Assembly (NCBI GenBank): GCA_943788985.1
Contig: CALSSJ010000014.1
Span: 1 to 61,471, forward strand
DNA: 61,471 nt
Direction of reading: 5' to 3'
From: an uncultured Lentisphaerales bacterium
Lineage (GTDB): Bacteria > Verrucomicrobiota > Lentisphaeria > JABSQK01 > UBA12247
In this document: positions 27,025 to 38,200 of the stretch, piece by piece
Layout: every line of letters begins with the position of its first letter
Numbering within the stretch: position 1 is the stretch's first letter
Made by a program: the position numbers and the translations under genes
Notes under the pieces: model-generated
The model's input: only the letters and a program-made list of their open reading frames with translations
What the model was told of the DNA's origin: nothing
Database searches by the model: none

Positions 27025-29400
27025 ATGCAAATCGCCACACAGACCAAACGCCACCAAACCGTAATCGCCGCCCTGGTGTGCGTGTTGTATTGCTGGACCT
27101 TGGGCTTTGGCTTTGTGCTTGATGACGCCGTGGTCTACAGCGAAAATGCGCACGTCAAGCAAGGCTTCGGCGGGATTCCTTCCTTGCTTGCGACCGATGC
27201 CTTCTCTGGGCATTCGGATCTGACCAGCGTGGTCGGTGGTCGTTATCGCCCGCTATCGCAGGTTTCCTTTGCCATTGAGTACCAATTCTGGGAGCTGATT
27301 CCCGGCCTCAGCCATTTGCTCAACCTGCTGCTTTATCTCGGGTGCTGCTTGCTGATCTATCGTGTACTGCTGATCGCAAGCCGGGGCAAAGCGGCAACGG
27401 TCGCGCTATTTACGGCATTGTGCTTTGCAGCACATCCTGTGCACACTGAAGTTGTGGCCAACATCAAGGGCCGCGATGAGATCCTATGTCTGCTGTTTGC
27501 GCTGATGGCTGGCTGCCAGTTTCTGAGTGCCATCGATAACGATGAACAGGAATCATTCTGGCTGGGCACGCTGAGTTACCTAGCGTGCGTTTTCTCAAAG
27601 GAAACGGGTGTGGCTTACGCGGTGCTGATCCCCTTGGGCGTGCTTGTTGCGCGACCACAGGCAGGCGTCTGGGCACGCAAGATTGCCATGGCCTGCGCCG
27701 CCTGTGCACTCGCTTTTGTGGCCGTACGTTTTCTGGTGCTGCAAGGCCTTGAGCGGCCGTTGGCCACAGTGATGAATGATCCGTTTGCGAACTCCGCAAC
27801 CGGTGAACGGCTGGCCACCGCGACATTCGCGCTTGCGAACTACGCAAAACTGCTGGTCATCCCGCATCCGCTGCTGTACGACTACTCCTACAATCAGATC
27901 CCAGTGCAAAGTTGGGGGAGCTGGGTCGTTTTGCTTGCGCTGGTGGTGCATCTGACGCTGATCGGGACTGCCGCGGCCCGGTGGCGATCCAAGCCGGTGT
28001 TTGCGTACGGCGTGGCCTGGTACGTGCTGCTATTGCTGCCGGTCTCGAACCTACTGTTCACGGTCGGCACGGTATTCGGAGAGCGCTTTTTGTTTGCGCC
28101 CAGTCTAGCTTTCTGCGGGCTGGTGGCAGCTGTGCTGGCTGGAACTCGGATCCCGAGAGGATTGGCAATTGCTGGTATTGTGAGCGTCGTGGCACTTGGC
28201 TCTGGGCGTACGCTCGCTCGCTTGCCAGCCTGGAAAAGTACGTATGCGCTGGCCACCACGGACTGGGAAGGATTACGCAACAATTCTCGTGCGCAGCTCC
28301 TGCTCTGCCAGCAGCTGATGCAACGCCGAGGAGAAGGAGACCCCGAGAAGTGGGTGAAGGGCGCGCTAGAGGCCGTGGCACGCAGCATTAGCGTGCATGA
28401 GGATGGCGGCGCGTATGCCTGGCAGGGCGATTGCCTGCGGCTACTGGGCCGGAATGACGAAGCTCTCGCTTCGTACGCTAGGGGGATCCAGTTGCTGCCG
28501 GACTACTACATGAACTACCTGGGGGCGGGCTTGGTCTGCCGCAAGCTGAACCGTCTCAGCGAGGCCGTGCACTATTATGAACGAGCCGATGCGCTGAACC
28601 AGAAGAAAGCGGATGTCCGCCGTGACTGGGGGCTCCTGCTGCAGAAACTTTCCCGGCACGAGGAGGCAATCCCGCTGCTCGCTGAAACCGTGAAGGCAGA
28701 CCCTTCCTTCTCCGAGGCGCACCGCTTGCTGGCCGAATCTCAGCTAGCGGTCGGTGATGCGGCGTCCGCATTGGCCAGCTTCGAACGCGCTGCCCGGACG
28801 GATCCTGCTCACCTGCAGGCCAGGCTTCAGTTTGCCCAGGCACTCAGGGAGGCGAATGACATGGATGGGGCGATCGAGGAGTTATCTGCGGCCTTGAAGG
28901 TGGCCCCGAACGTAACGCAGCTCCGCCAGGAACTGGCGAACTTCTATCTCGCCTCATCGCGCAGGAGCGACGCCCTGCAGGAGTACGAGCGAATCTTGGT
29001 CAGCGAACCGACGCATCCGTTGGCTAACCTGAATCTTGGCACCTTTGCGCTTGAGGATGGCAGGACCGAGGACGCGCTGCTCTTCTTCGATGCGGCGATC
29101 GCGGTGGATCCAGAATACGCAATGGCCCACAGCAATCGCGGCAACGCGCTGCGCAAGCTGAAGCGCACCTACGATGCGATCGCCGCCTATCGGACAGCGA
29201 TCGAGATTGACCCAGATTTCCCAAGCCCGCATTACAATCTGGGGTTACTGCTGCTGGAAGTTGACGATCTCGATACGGCAGCGGAGCACTTCGGGACCTT
29301 TGCTCGGTTGCGCCCGGAACATGAGGGGGTTCAGAAGATTCTGGCGAACATTGCAACTTATCGAGCCAAGGAGGCTCAAAAACAAGAAGCCCCCCAATGA
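27025..29400 (+). CDS. TMTC-like GT-C membrane glycosyltransferase (DUF1736-like) with C-terminal TPR array
   Basis: FVLDD in the first loop, RYRPL..SFA, FAAHPVHTEVVANIKGR.E, SKE.G, PHPL.YDYS, FGERFLFAPS, then many TPRs. Confidence 0.88.
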   Translation: MQIATQTKRHQTVIAALVCVLYCWTLGFGFVLDDAVVYSENAHVKQGFGGIPSLLATDAFSGHSDLTSVVGGRYRPLSQVSFAIEYQFWELIPGLSHLLNLLLYLGCCLLIYRVLLIASRGKAATVALFTALCFAAHPVHTEVVANIKGRDEILCLLFALMAGCQFLSAIDNDEQESFWLGTLSYLACVFSKETGVAYAVLIPLGVLVARPQAGVWARKIAMACAACALAFVAVRFLVLQGLERPLATVMNDPFANSATGERLATATFALANYAKLLVIPHPLLYDYSYNQIPVQSWGSWVVLLALVVHLTLIGTAAARWRSKPVFAYGVAWYVLLLLPVSNLLFTVGTVFGERFLFAPSLAFCGLVAAVLAGTRIPRGLAIAGIVSVVALGSGRTLARLPAWKSTYALATTDWEGLRNNSRAQLLLCQQLMQRRGEGDPEKWVKGALEAVARSISVHEDGGAYAWQGDCLRLLGRNDEALASYARGIQLLPDYYMNYLGAGLVCRKLNRLSEAVHYYERADALNQKKADVRRDWGLLLQKLSRHEEAIPLLAETVKADPSFSEAHRLLAESQLAVGDAASALASFERAARTDPAHLQARLQFAQALREANDMDGAIEELSAALKVAPNVTQLRQELANFYLASSRRSDALQEYERILVSEPTHPLANLNLGTFALEDGRTEDALLFFDAAIAVDPEYAMAHSNRGNALRKLKRTYDAIAAYRTAIEIDPDFPSPHYNLGLLLLEVDDLDTAAEHFGTFARLRPEHEGVQKILANIATYRAKEAQKQEAPQ

Positions 29401-29478
29401 TCGCAAAACTTTGACATTGGCTGCTGCCAACTTCGTATACATGCGAGTACTGCATTTTCATTCTAGGAGCTTGAGTTC

Positions 29479-31458
29479 ATGACTCTGGTCTGTCGCCTTC
29501 TCGCTGTTCTGTTCGTTGCTGCCCCGTGCTTTGCACAGTTCGGAAATCTGCCACTGCCCGGTCGCGCCAACATCGAGGCCAGACTGCTGTTGGAACGCTC
29601 GCAAACGACTCCCTGTGACACCTTTCTGGTGGGCGTGGAGCTGGAGATGCAGAGTGGTTGGCATACGTATTGGAAGAATCCGGGCAATACCGGAACTGCT
29701 ACCTCTGTCACCTGGACACTCCCGGCTGGTGTGACCGCTGGCCCGTTGCACTGGCCAGTGCCCGCTCGGTTTGTGGATGGAGAGTTCGTTAACTTCGGCT
29801 ACAAAGACAGGGTCGTGCTGGTCACCGCGATCCACGTCGGACCGGAGGTGAGCGGGCCGTTGGCGCTGCAAGCCGACGTGCGCTGGCTCGGTTGCAAGGA
29901 GGCATGCATTCCCGGCAAAAAATCTCTGCATTTCGAGCTGCCGACAGGCGATGCGATTGCGGACTCCGCAAATGCCGCGCACTTGCAAGCTGCGCAGCAG
30001 GCGTTGCCGAAGCCGCTCGAGGCGGTCGTCGAGCGGCAGGGAAATGCGCTGCACATTCGTCATGCCGCCGTGGGAGAGCTGACTGACTTTTTGCCGTCTT
30101 CGGCGGCGTTCAATAAGGCGCAGCTTACGGCGACTGCTGCCGGATTCCAAATCCCCGTAGCGGAAGCCACGCCGGATCGATTCGCCGGGGTGCTGGTCAC
30201 TGCATTCGGGGCGTATGCGATTGACGCCCCAATTCCGCAGGTTACGCCGATTTCAACCGAGCAAAAAAGCATCCTATTGCTTTTGTTGGGTGCGTTTGCC
30301 GGAGGCTTGATCCTGAACTTGATGCCCTGCGTGCTGCCTGTCATTTCGCTGAAGGTCATGGGCTTGATCGAGGGGGCAAATCAAGAGGGAAAGAGCGCGC
30401 TAAGTCACGGATTTGCCTTCGTCGCAGGCGTGCTGTTGTCGTTCTGGGGCGTCGCTGGGATTCTGTTGGTGTTGCGTGCTGGTGGCGCCGGGCTGGGCTG
30501 GGGGTTTCAGATGCAGAATCCACTGTTTGTGCTGATTCTGCTAGTGCTTCTGGTGTTGCTGGCGTTGAACTTTTTAGGAGTCTTCGAGTTTGGCGTCGGC
30601 CTTACTTCGGTGGTTGGTGGGCAACGCAAGGGCTGGGGTGGAAGTCTGATGAGCGGCGTATTGGCGACTGTGGTGGCAACGCCGTGCACCGCCCCGTTCA
30701 TGGGAACGGCGATCGCTGCAGCACTTACGACTTCGCCGCTGCAGGCCATGCTGATCTTTACAGCGCTGGGGCTTGGGATGGGGCTGCCAATGTTTGTGCT
30801 TACTGCCGTGCCCGCGCTGCTGAAGTGGGTGCCTAAGCCTGGCCCTTGGATGGAACAGCTCAAGCAGTTACTGGCCTTTCCGCTGCTGTTCACCGCAGTT
30901 TGGCTAGCTGACGTATTCATCGGCTTGCGTGGTGATAGCTCGGTCTTGCGCGTGATGTCGGCGCTGGTGCTGCTTGGCTTTGGTGCGTGGGCATACGGCT
31001 CGCTGGTGACGTTCGGCGCATCCCGAGGCCGCAAGACAGTGGGCTGGGCGCTGGCGCTAGCGGCGCTAGTTGGTGCGCTCGCGATTCCGCTGGGGGTGTC
31101 GCAAGCTGAGCAGGATTGGCAGCCATATTCACCGGCACTGGTGAACGAGTTGGAGGCGGCTGGTACGCCTTACTTTATCGATTTCACCGCCAAATGGTGC
31201 CTGACCTGCCAGAGTAACAAGGCACTGGCATTGCATCGCCCAGAGGTGCGGGACTTTTTTGAGGAGCAGGGCATTGCAACGCTTCGCGCAGACTGGACGT
31301 CACAAGACGCCACGATCACGAAAGCTCTCGGGCATTACGGCAGGGCAGGGGTGCCGGTCTACGTCTTTTGGGCGCCCGGTGGAGCCACGATGGTCTTGCC
31401 GAACATTTTGACGCCGGACATTGTCATGGACGGAATACGCAAGGTACTCGCTCAGTAG
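29479..31458 (+). CDS. dsbD: Protein-disulfide reductase DsbD/ScsB family
   Basis: GWHTYWKNPG..G, CKEACIP, LNLMPCVLPV, TPCTAPFM, thioredoxin FTAKWCLTC. Confidence 0.92.
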   Translation: MTLVCRLLAVLFVAAPCFAQFGNLPLPGRANIEARLLLERSQTTPCDTFLVGVELEMQSGWHTYWKNPGNTGTATSVTWTLPAGVTAGPLHWPVPARFVDGEFVNFGYKDRVVLVTAIHVGPEVSGPLALQADVRWLGCKEACIPGKKSLHFELPTGDAIADSANAAHLQAAQQALPKPLEAVVERQGNALHIRHAAVGELTDFLPSSAAFNKAQLTATAAGFQIPVAEATPDRFAGVLVTAFGAYAIDAPIPQVTPISTEQKSILLLLLGAFAGGLILNLMPCVLPVISLKVMGLIEGANQEGKSALSHGFAFVAGVLLSFWGVAGILLVLRAGGAGLGWGFQMQNPLFVLILLVLLVLLALNFLGVFEFGVGLTSVVGGQRKGWGGSLMSGVLATVVATPCTAPFMGTAIAAALTTSPLQAMLIFTALGLGMGLPMFVLTAVPALLKWVPKPGPWMEQLKQLLAFPLLFTAVWLADVFIGLRGDSSVLRVMSALVLLGFGAWAYGSLVTFGASRGRKTVGWALALAALVGALAIPLGVSQAEQDWQPYSPALVNELEAAGTPYFIDFTAKWCLTCQSNKALALHRPEVRDFFEEQGIATLRADWTSQDATITKALGHYGRAGVPVYVFWAPGGATMVLPNILTPDIVMDGIRKVLAQ

Positions 31459-32123
31459 CGCAGGCGCGGCGCCAAGGCCTGCTGGGTCCGCTCGAACACC
31501 TCGCGCGGAGCACCGCTGGCGTCGACACGAATCAGCAGCTCACGTTTGTCGTAGTAGTCCGCCAGAGGCCGCGTGCGTGCCTCGTAGTTCTCCATGCGGA
31601 CGCGGATAGCAGCCGGATTGTCGTCTGACCGCTGATACAACTCACCGGCACATTCATCGCAGCGCCCAGGGCGACACGGTGGCATGAACTCCAAGTGGTA
31701 GGTGACTTTGCAGTGGCGGCAGGTCCGTCTGGCTGACAGGCGCTGGATGATGACGTCCGTGTCCAATTCATAGGAGACGACGCCGTCCAGTTCGATTTGC
31801 CATTCGTGCAGGAACTCAGCCAGCGTATCCGCCTGCACTGTTGTGCGCGGGAAGCCATCGAGCAGGAAGCCGCCGCGCGTGCGCCGCACATGCTGGATCT
31901 TCTCTCGCACGAGATCAATAACGATTTGATCGGCGACGAGCTGTCCGCGCATAATCGCGGCCTTTGCTTCGCGCATGGCATTACTCAGCTCATGATCGGG
32001 AGCGGCCATCACTGTCCGAAACAGGTCACCGGTGGAAAGCTGGCGCGCGCCATATTGGCCCGCGAGCATCTGAGCCTGGGTTCCTTTGCCGACACCAGGC
32101 GCACCAAGTAACACCAAGCGCAT
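31452..32123 (-). CDS. adk: Adenylate kinase with zinc-binding LID
   Basis: GAPGVGKGTQA, LSTGDLFR, LDGFPRT, CRHC...CDEC, QRSDD. Confidence 0.95.
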   Translation of the reverse strand: MRLVLLGAPGVGKGTQAQMLAGQYGARQLSTGDLFRTVMAAPDHELSNAMREAKAAIMRGQLVADQIVIDLVREKIQHVRRTRGGFLLDGFPRTTVQADTLAEFLHEWQIELDGVVSYELDTDVIIQRLSARRTCRHCKVTYHLEFMPPCRPGRCDECAGELYQRSDDNPAAIRVRMENYEARTRPLADYYDKRELLIRVDASGAPREVFERTQQALAPRLRY

Positions 32124-32224
32124 CGGGTGGAGGCTCACACCAGCGGCGCTGATAGAGGGGAGTTGACACGGTACGTCTGAATGCATCGAAGGAGGATCCT
32201 GCGGCAGTGAAGCGAGCTTGGAAA

Positions 32225-32743
32225 TCAGCGGCGGGAAGTAGGGGCGATATTAGATTCGCCACGAATCTCCTGCAAGCGAATGACGCGCGGGGCCAAGACT
32301 TTCTTTAATCCTCCGTCGTACTGCATGGCTTTGCGATAGCTAGCCTCAGCGTCATCAAGCTCATTCAGTGCCGCCTGATGATCCCCCAAACGCGCGAGTT
32401 GATCGGCGCGCTGGCTGCAGATCTGGCCGATGATTGTGCCAAGCAGATCTGCACGCTTCGTGAAGAAGCGGGTGGACACGGCCTGAAAGTGCCTGCGGGC
32501 TGAGCGGAGATGCGAGAGGCATGCCCCCTCGTGCCCTTCAAAATAGGCGACGATCGCGGCCTGGTAGGCTGCTTCCCCTTCTTGGGCGTTTTGGACGCGC
32601 TCGAGCAGAATGTCGTGATCGCCAGAGGGCAGGTCGCGCATGTCTGGATAATCGCTAGATAGAGAGCGGGGGAACTCAATCGTTCCGCCACTCTGACAGC
32701 TACAAAAGAGGAAAGCGGCAAGTAAAAGAAGGGTGGGGCGCAT
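32225..32743 (-). CDS. Hypothetical helical lipoprotein
   Basis: Lipobox-like MRPTLLLLAAFLFCSC; TPR-like helices. Confidence 0.7.
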   Translation of the reverse strand: MRPTLLLLAAFLFCSCQSGGTIEFPRSLSSDYPDMRDLPSGDHDILLERVQNAQEGEAAYQAAIVAYFEGHEGACLSHLRSARRHFQAVSTRFFTKRADLLGTIIGQICSQRADQLARLGDHQAALNELDDAEASYRKAMQYDGGLKKVLAPRVIRLQEIRGESNIAPTSRR

Positions 32744-32822
32744 GGCTTGGGATCTGTGCGTTCAGAACAGGAAATGGGTACAGTACGAACCCGCCTTGGA
32801 TTGGTCAACCTCGACTTGGCCG

Positions 32823-33686
32823 TCAAAGCACGCGCGAGGCCCACGCGTAAAACAGCGGTGCCGCAAAAATGACGCTGTCGACGACATCGTAGACTCCGCC
32901 CATACCCGGAGCAATCGCGCCCGAATCCTTGGTGTCGGCTGCCCGCTTGATCACGGACTCGACGAGGTCGCCAGCCAGGCCGATCAGGGCCAGGGAAAAT
33001 CCTGCGATTACGCCCGTGAGCGGTGTAACGATCGCGATGCCATTCACGGTGAGCGTCTCGGCAAAGGCAAACGCCAGATAGCCGCCGAGCCCGCCGCTGA
33101 AGATCAGACTGCCGACCAATCCTTCCCAGCTCTTCCCCGGGCTGAGACGCGGCACAAGCTTGTGGTTACCCCCCTCGCGTGTGCTGGTAACCTTGCCAAA
33201 GAAATAGCCCCCCATGTCGGAGGCCTTGGTGACCAGCAAGAAAAAGAATAACAAAATGGGGCCGACTCCAGCTGCGGAGAAAAAGTAAATTTTCATGGTA
33301 AAGGCCAGACACCAGCCGAAAAACAGAAAGCCGCCCAGCGTGACCATGGCGTTGCGGATTCCGGTGGCGTGATCATCGTGGCGCATCCCCTTGACCAAGA
33401 CGGCCAGCACGGTGCTGGCGATCACCGCGGTCTCGAGACTGCTTACATCGTACCTAGCCTGCAGCACCGCGAGACCGAGCATCAACAGCGATGCAATCTT
33501 CGAAATGGCGCAAAAGCCCGGCAGGCCTGCTTTCCCGCACAGGTCGAAGTACTCGCGGTTCGCGCGAAGCGAGAGCAACGCTGTCACGAGAAACAGGCCC
33601 AGACCGGTATACGGGCTTGGCTTGAAGGAGACAAACAACAAAAGCACGAACATAATCGTGCCTGTGATGAGGCGCAGTTTTAGCAC
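32823..33686 (-). CDS. cdsA: Phosphatidate cytidylyltransferase
   Basis: SDMGGYFFG, SPGKSWEG, GDLVESVIKR...KDSG...PGMGG..D..DS; GTG start chosen at LKLRLIT. Confidence 0.94.
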   Translation of the reverse strand: MLKLRLITGTIMFVLLLFVSFKPSPYTGLGLFLVTALLSLRANREYFDLCGKAGLPGFCAISKIASLLMLGLAVLQARYDVSSLETAVIASTVLAVLVKGMRHDDHATGIRNAMVTLGGFLFFGWCLAFTMKIYFFSAAGVGPILLFFFLLVTKASDMGGYFFGKVTSTREGGNHKLVPRLSPGKSWEGLVGSLIFSGGLGGYLAFAFAETLTVNGIAIVTPLTGVIAGFSLALIGLAGDLVESVIKRAADTKDSGAIAPGMGGVYDVVDSVIFAAPLFYAWASRVL

Positions 33687-33836
33687 ACGAATCCCCGTCC
33701 AGTCGGTGTGAAGCTGGTATTTGTGGCGCCAGCAGGAACAGGCAATATGCCGGAGTGTCACAAGAAATCACGTCAGATTATGCCAACAGACATGTTGACG
33801 GATTGCAACTAGCCAACCTCGACGTATGATTCGAAC

Positions 33837-34655
33837 ATGCCAGACCTGCTCTATAAACTCACAGTGAATGACGCAATCAAGCTCGATTGTATCGGCGCAG
33901 ACAGCCTTCACCTGAAACGTAACGACTGGTGCATCGCCAAAAACGATCGCTATCAGGACAACGGCCGGGTGACTTGGGTTGGACCGGTTCCAGACGGCAC
34001 GGATATCTCGGAGATGCCGCGCGTTCAACGTCGCGCTACGCTGGTGGACCAGGGTAAGGCAAACGAGAACAACTTCCGCAGCAAGTCTCTACATCGCAGC
34101 GTGCAGCAGCGCATTGATCACCATAAGTTGGATATGGACCTGCGGAGTACGCACCTCACCTACGACCGCAAGCGCGTCATCTGCGTGTTTACCGCCGAGC
34201 ATCGCGTAGACTTTCGTGATCTGGTGAAGGACCTGAATCACCGTCTCGACGCTCGCGTGGAGTTACGGCACGTGGGCTGGCGTGACTATGCGGGCATTGT
34301 TGGGGGGATGGGCAGCTGTGGGCGGGAACTGTGTTGTTCCTCATTCCTGACAAATTTCACCAGTATAAATTTGAAGATGGCAAAAGTGCAGGGCGCCTCG
34401 CTGAACCCCAGTAGCCTGAATGGTCTCTGCGGGCGCCTGAAATGTTGCTTGGACTACGAATATGAAGGCTACCAGGTGTTGCTGGATAAACTGCCCAGAA
34501 TTGGTGAGCGCTGCACGTGTGAGGGCTGCGGGAGCGGGCGTGTGATTCGCCAGGATGCGTTGAAGCAGGAAGTGACGCTGCAGCTCGAGGATTCCCGCAT
34601 TGTGACCGTTCCGGCAGATCAGGTAGCACCGCTGCAACATGCTGCGCGAGGCTGA
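33837..34655 (+). CDS. ricT: PSP1/YaaT (RicT) regulatory iron-sulfur protein
   Basis: FTAEHRVDFRDLVKDL, GGMGSCGRELCC, GLCGRLKCCL.YE. Confidence 0.93.
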   Translation: MPDLLYKLTVNDAIKLDCIGADSLHLKRNDWCIAKNDRYQDNGRVTWVGPVPDGTDISEMPRVQRRATLVDQGKANENNFRSKSLHRSVQQRIDHHKLDMDLRSTHLTYDRKRVICVFTAEHRVDFRDLVKDLNHRLDARVELRHVGWRDYAGIVGGMGSCGRELCCSSFLTNFTSINLKMAKVQGASLNPSSLNGLCGRLKCCLDYEYEGYQVLLDKLPRIGERCTCEGCGSGRVIRQDALKQEVTLQLEDSRIVTVPADQVAPLQHAARG

Positions 34656-36469
34656 CGCTCACGCGAAAGAGCCGGTCTATTGGCTTGAGCGACTGACCAG
34701 CGGCGGAATTGCCGTCTTGCTGTTGGTGGCTCCCATCAAGTTTGCCTCCGTCGTGAATAGTGCGGGCGTGAGCCTGTACCCGACCAGTTTTGAGTTGCTG
34801 ATCATCGGGACCTGGCCTCCCTTTGTTCTGCCGATTATTACCAGTCTCCTCTTAGCACTGGCGCTACTGCGCACCTGGCAACGCCAGGACGGGGCGGCCG
34901 TTCCCTTACTGCTATTCGGCCCGCCTGCACTGCTGATCGCAGTCGCCGGACTGGGCATGTTTTGGACGACTGAGCTGGACGGCGCCAGGCAGTTTGTACT
35001 GCATCTGGCCAGTTGCCTGCAACTCGCCTTGGCCGCTTGGCTGCAAGTGCAGGCGCACTCGCGCTGGCGCAAGCAATTCTTCGTGTGCATGCTCCTGGGA
35101 GCGACGATGAGCTGCCTGCTGGGCTGGGCACAGGTGAAGGGGGGGCTGGCCATGAACTCGGCGCAAATCAAGGAAATGGCAAAAATCTACAATTGGCAGC
35201 TTCCAGACCTGATGGTGATCCGGATGAACAGCCGGCGCGTCTATTCCACATTCACGGTGCCGAACAGTTTCGCCGCACACCTGCTGTTGCTTTACCCACT
35301 GATCATCGCTCTCGCTGTGGTGATCGGCCGGCGGGGTATGCCGCCGATCGCCTGCGTTGTCCTCTTGGTGGTCACGATCTCGACCTTCTGGCTGGTCCCG
35401 TTCTATCACGCTGGCAGCCGTGGCGCCATGCTCGGTGCCGTCGGTGGCATTGGGCTCTCTGCCTTGTTCGGCGGCTGGACTATCCGGAAGCGAATCAAGC
35501 GGCTGCGACTCTGGGTCGGTCTCCTTCTGGTTCTCGGGTTTGCGATGGGGATCGCGGGTCATCGAGTCTCGAAAGGCCGAGGCATGCGTTCCGCCGAGGC
35601 TAGGCTGGACTATTTCGCCGCAGCGGGTCGGATGTTCGCCCAACAGCCACTAACTGGCGTCGGCACCGGCGAGTTCTATCCGTGGTATATGCGGTTGAAG
35701 CCGGCCGGGGCCGAAGAGACCCGGATGCCGCATAATCTGTTTCTGCTCTATCTGGCAGAAACCGGAGTCGCGGGAGGTCTGGCTGCGTTGATCTTTCTGC
35801 TTTGGCCTCTGGTTCTCGCGGAGGCCTGGCGCCGAGGTCGTCTAGAGACTGATCATCCGGAGCTGGCGGCTGGTGTGCTGATCGGCCTACTCGCTTGGTG
35901 CTGTCATTCGCTCTTCGATTTTAATATCCGGACGCCAGCCACCGTGATGCTGGTCTTTCTGCTGCCAGCACTGCTATTCAAGCCCAAGGCTGTTGCGAAC
36001 TCTGCAGCTCCGCGCTGGATCTGGGCCGTGGCCACCTTGAGCTGCCTGATTGCTATCTGCGCAATACAACGCATTCCCGCGGAACGCGCGTATGCGGCTG
36101 TGGCAGGAAGTGGTTTTAGCTTTGGCGCGGTCCAGGCCCCCCCCGCCCTACGCGCAGGTTCGCGCCGACGTGCTGCGCAACGAGCGCGTGTTTGGGACTT
36201 GGCCATATCCGTGGGAGCGGCTGGCCCGCTTGGCCATCCAAAATCGGGATTTGGATACCGCCGTGCTTGCCTTTGAGCGCGCGATCGAGTGCGCACCGCA
36301 TCGCGGTGGATTTCACAGCGGGCTGGCAAATATCTACCTTGCAACAGGCGATCTGGCCGCAGCAAAAAGGGAGAATGCGCTCGCCCTGACTTGGTACCCG
36401 TATAACCCGCGCTACCTTGCGCAAAAAACTGTCGTCGACGCGCAATTGCGCGCCGCAAAATCGCCCTGA
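34639..36469 (+). CDS. O-antigen-ligase-like membrane protein with C-terminal TPR; frameshift near 36090-36140
   Basis: STF..PNSFAAHL, SRGA, RL.Y...A..M...PL.GVG.G.F, PHN.FL..LAE.G; TPR helices continue in ORF 36050-36469. Confidence 0.85.
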
Positions 36470-36493
36470 GTTCACTCCTTGATCGGACCCTGC

Positions 36494-38167
36494 ATGGACG
36501 TTTCCAATATCTACGTTTTCGGCCACCGCAACCCTGACACTGATGCGATCTGTTCCGCGATTGCCTATGCGAATCTGCTCCAGAAGCAAGGGCAGCCAGC
36601 CCGCGCTGCACGCTGCGGAAATATCAACCCGCGCACCGAGTTCATTCTGCGTAAAGCGGGCGTGGCTGCCCCAGAGTTGCACACCGATGTCCGCCCAATA
36701 GCAGGGCACCTGCCGAAGCATATCCCGGTGGTGGCAAAAATGGGGGATCCGTTCTTTCGGGTCTATGAACGTATGCAGAAGGAGACGTTGCGGACGGTGC
36801 CGGTGACCTCGGAATGTGGTCGGCTGGTTGGACTTGTCCCACTACTGAACCTGTTGGACATGTTGTTTCCGGACGCAAACGAAGCGACAGACTCTAGACG
36901 CGTGGTCCACAGCACGCTGCAGAATATTAGGGAGGTGCTGGGGGGGCGCTTTGGCCACCGTATTGATGTGGATCGCACAGAAAGTCTGACCATGATGGTC
37001 GGGGCGATGCAGGCGAAGGGTTTTCGTGAGCGGTTGCATCAGCATGACCCGCGCAGTCTTGTGCTCGTCTCCGGCGATCGTAAGTCCATCCACAAACCCG
37101 CCATTGAGTTTGGGATTCGGGCGCTAATTGTAAACGGCGGCTTCAAGTTAGAGCCGGATCTGATGAAGCTGGCGAAGGCCAATGGCGTCTGCGTGCTCTA
37201 CACCAAGCACGACACCGCCATGACGACTCTGCTGGCGAAGACCGCAAAGATTATTGATCAGGCCGTAGTCACCGACTTCCTGTCATTCAGCGAGGAGACC
37301 CTGCTCGATTCGGTTCACCACCAGGTGCGCGAGAGCCATCAGGACCTGTTTCCAGTTGTGGATAGCCGGGGGAATCTGATCAACGTGTTCTCCCGCGGAG
37401 ATCTGATGCATCCGCCGGCGCAGAGAATCGTGCTCGTCGACCACAACGAACTTTCCCAGGCTGTGCCAGGTGCCGAGAAGGCGGAGATTCTTGAGGTTAT
37501 CGACCATCATCGGCTGGGCGGTGGGTTGCGGTCTGCGCAGCCCATTCGCTTCATCAATGAGCCAGTCGGCTCGACCTGCACCATCGTCGCGTTGCGTTAC
37601 CAGCAGTCGGGGATCACCCCAGATACGGGCATCGCCGTATGCCTGGCATCGGGAATTGTGGCCGACACTCTCCTGCTCTCCTCACCGACCACCACTCAGA
37701 TCGACCGGGATGTGCTGGACTGGCTGGAGCCGATGTTGCCGTGCACCGCTGCCACGCTGGCCGAAGAGTTCTTTGCCACGGGCTCGGCTCTGCTGACGTT
37801 GAACAGCGATGAATCCGTGATTCTCGATTGCAAGGAGTACACCGAGAACGGCTGGGCAGTCACGATTTCTCAGGTGGAAGAGCTCGGCTGGGACCAATTC
37901 TGGGGGCGCGCCGACGAGCTAGAGGCGGCCTTGGAGCGGTTACGGAAGGACCACGGTGCCGCATTCAGTTGCCTGCTGGTCACAGACGTCTCCAAGCGCG
38001 ATAGCCTGCTGCTCGTGGTAGGCAGTGACGAGATCATCCGGCGCATTGGCTATCGCCGAGAGCGGGCGAACTTGTTCCGCCTCCCCGATGTAGTCAGCCG
38101 GAAAAAGCAATTGCTGCCCCACATCGTCTCTGTGCTGCGGCAACGCCCGCCAGACGAGGTCAGCTGA
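36494..38167 (+). CDS. ppaC: Manganese-dependent inorganic pyrophosphatase with CBS and DRTGG domains
   Basis: GHRNPDTDAICSA, LVDHNE, IDHH, PVGSTCTIV, VSRKKQ. Confidence 0.95.
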   Translation: MDVSNIYVFGHRNPDTDAICSAIAYANLLQKQGQPARAARCGNINPRTEFILRKAGVAAPELHTDVRPIAGHLPKHIPVVAKMGDPFFRVYERMQKETLRTVPVTSECGRLVGLVPLLNLLDMLFPDANEATDSRRVVHSTLQNIREVLGGRFGHRIDVDRTESLTMMVGAMQAKGFRERLHQHDPRSLVLVSGDRKSIHKPAIEFGIRALIVNGGFKLEPDLMKLAKANGVCVLYTKHDTAMTTLLAKTAKIIDQAVVTDFLSFSEETLLDSVHHQVRESHQDLFPVVDSRGNLINVFSRGDLMHPPAQRIVLVDHNELSQAVPGAEKAEILEVIDHHRLGGGLRSAQPIRFINEPVGSTCTIVALRYQQSGITPDTGIAVCLASGIVADTLLLSSPTTTQIDRDVLDWLEPMLPCTAATLAEEFFATGSALLTLNSDESVILDCKEYTENGWAVTISQVEELGWDQFWGRADELEAALERLRKDHGAAFSCLLVTDVSKRDSLLLVVGSDEIIRRIGYRRERANLFRLPDVVSRKKQLLPHIVSVLRQRPPDEVS

Positions 38168-38200
38168 CGCCCCGATGAACATCGAATAACGGGCTTCTGA

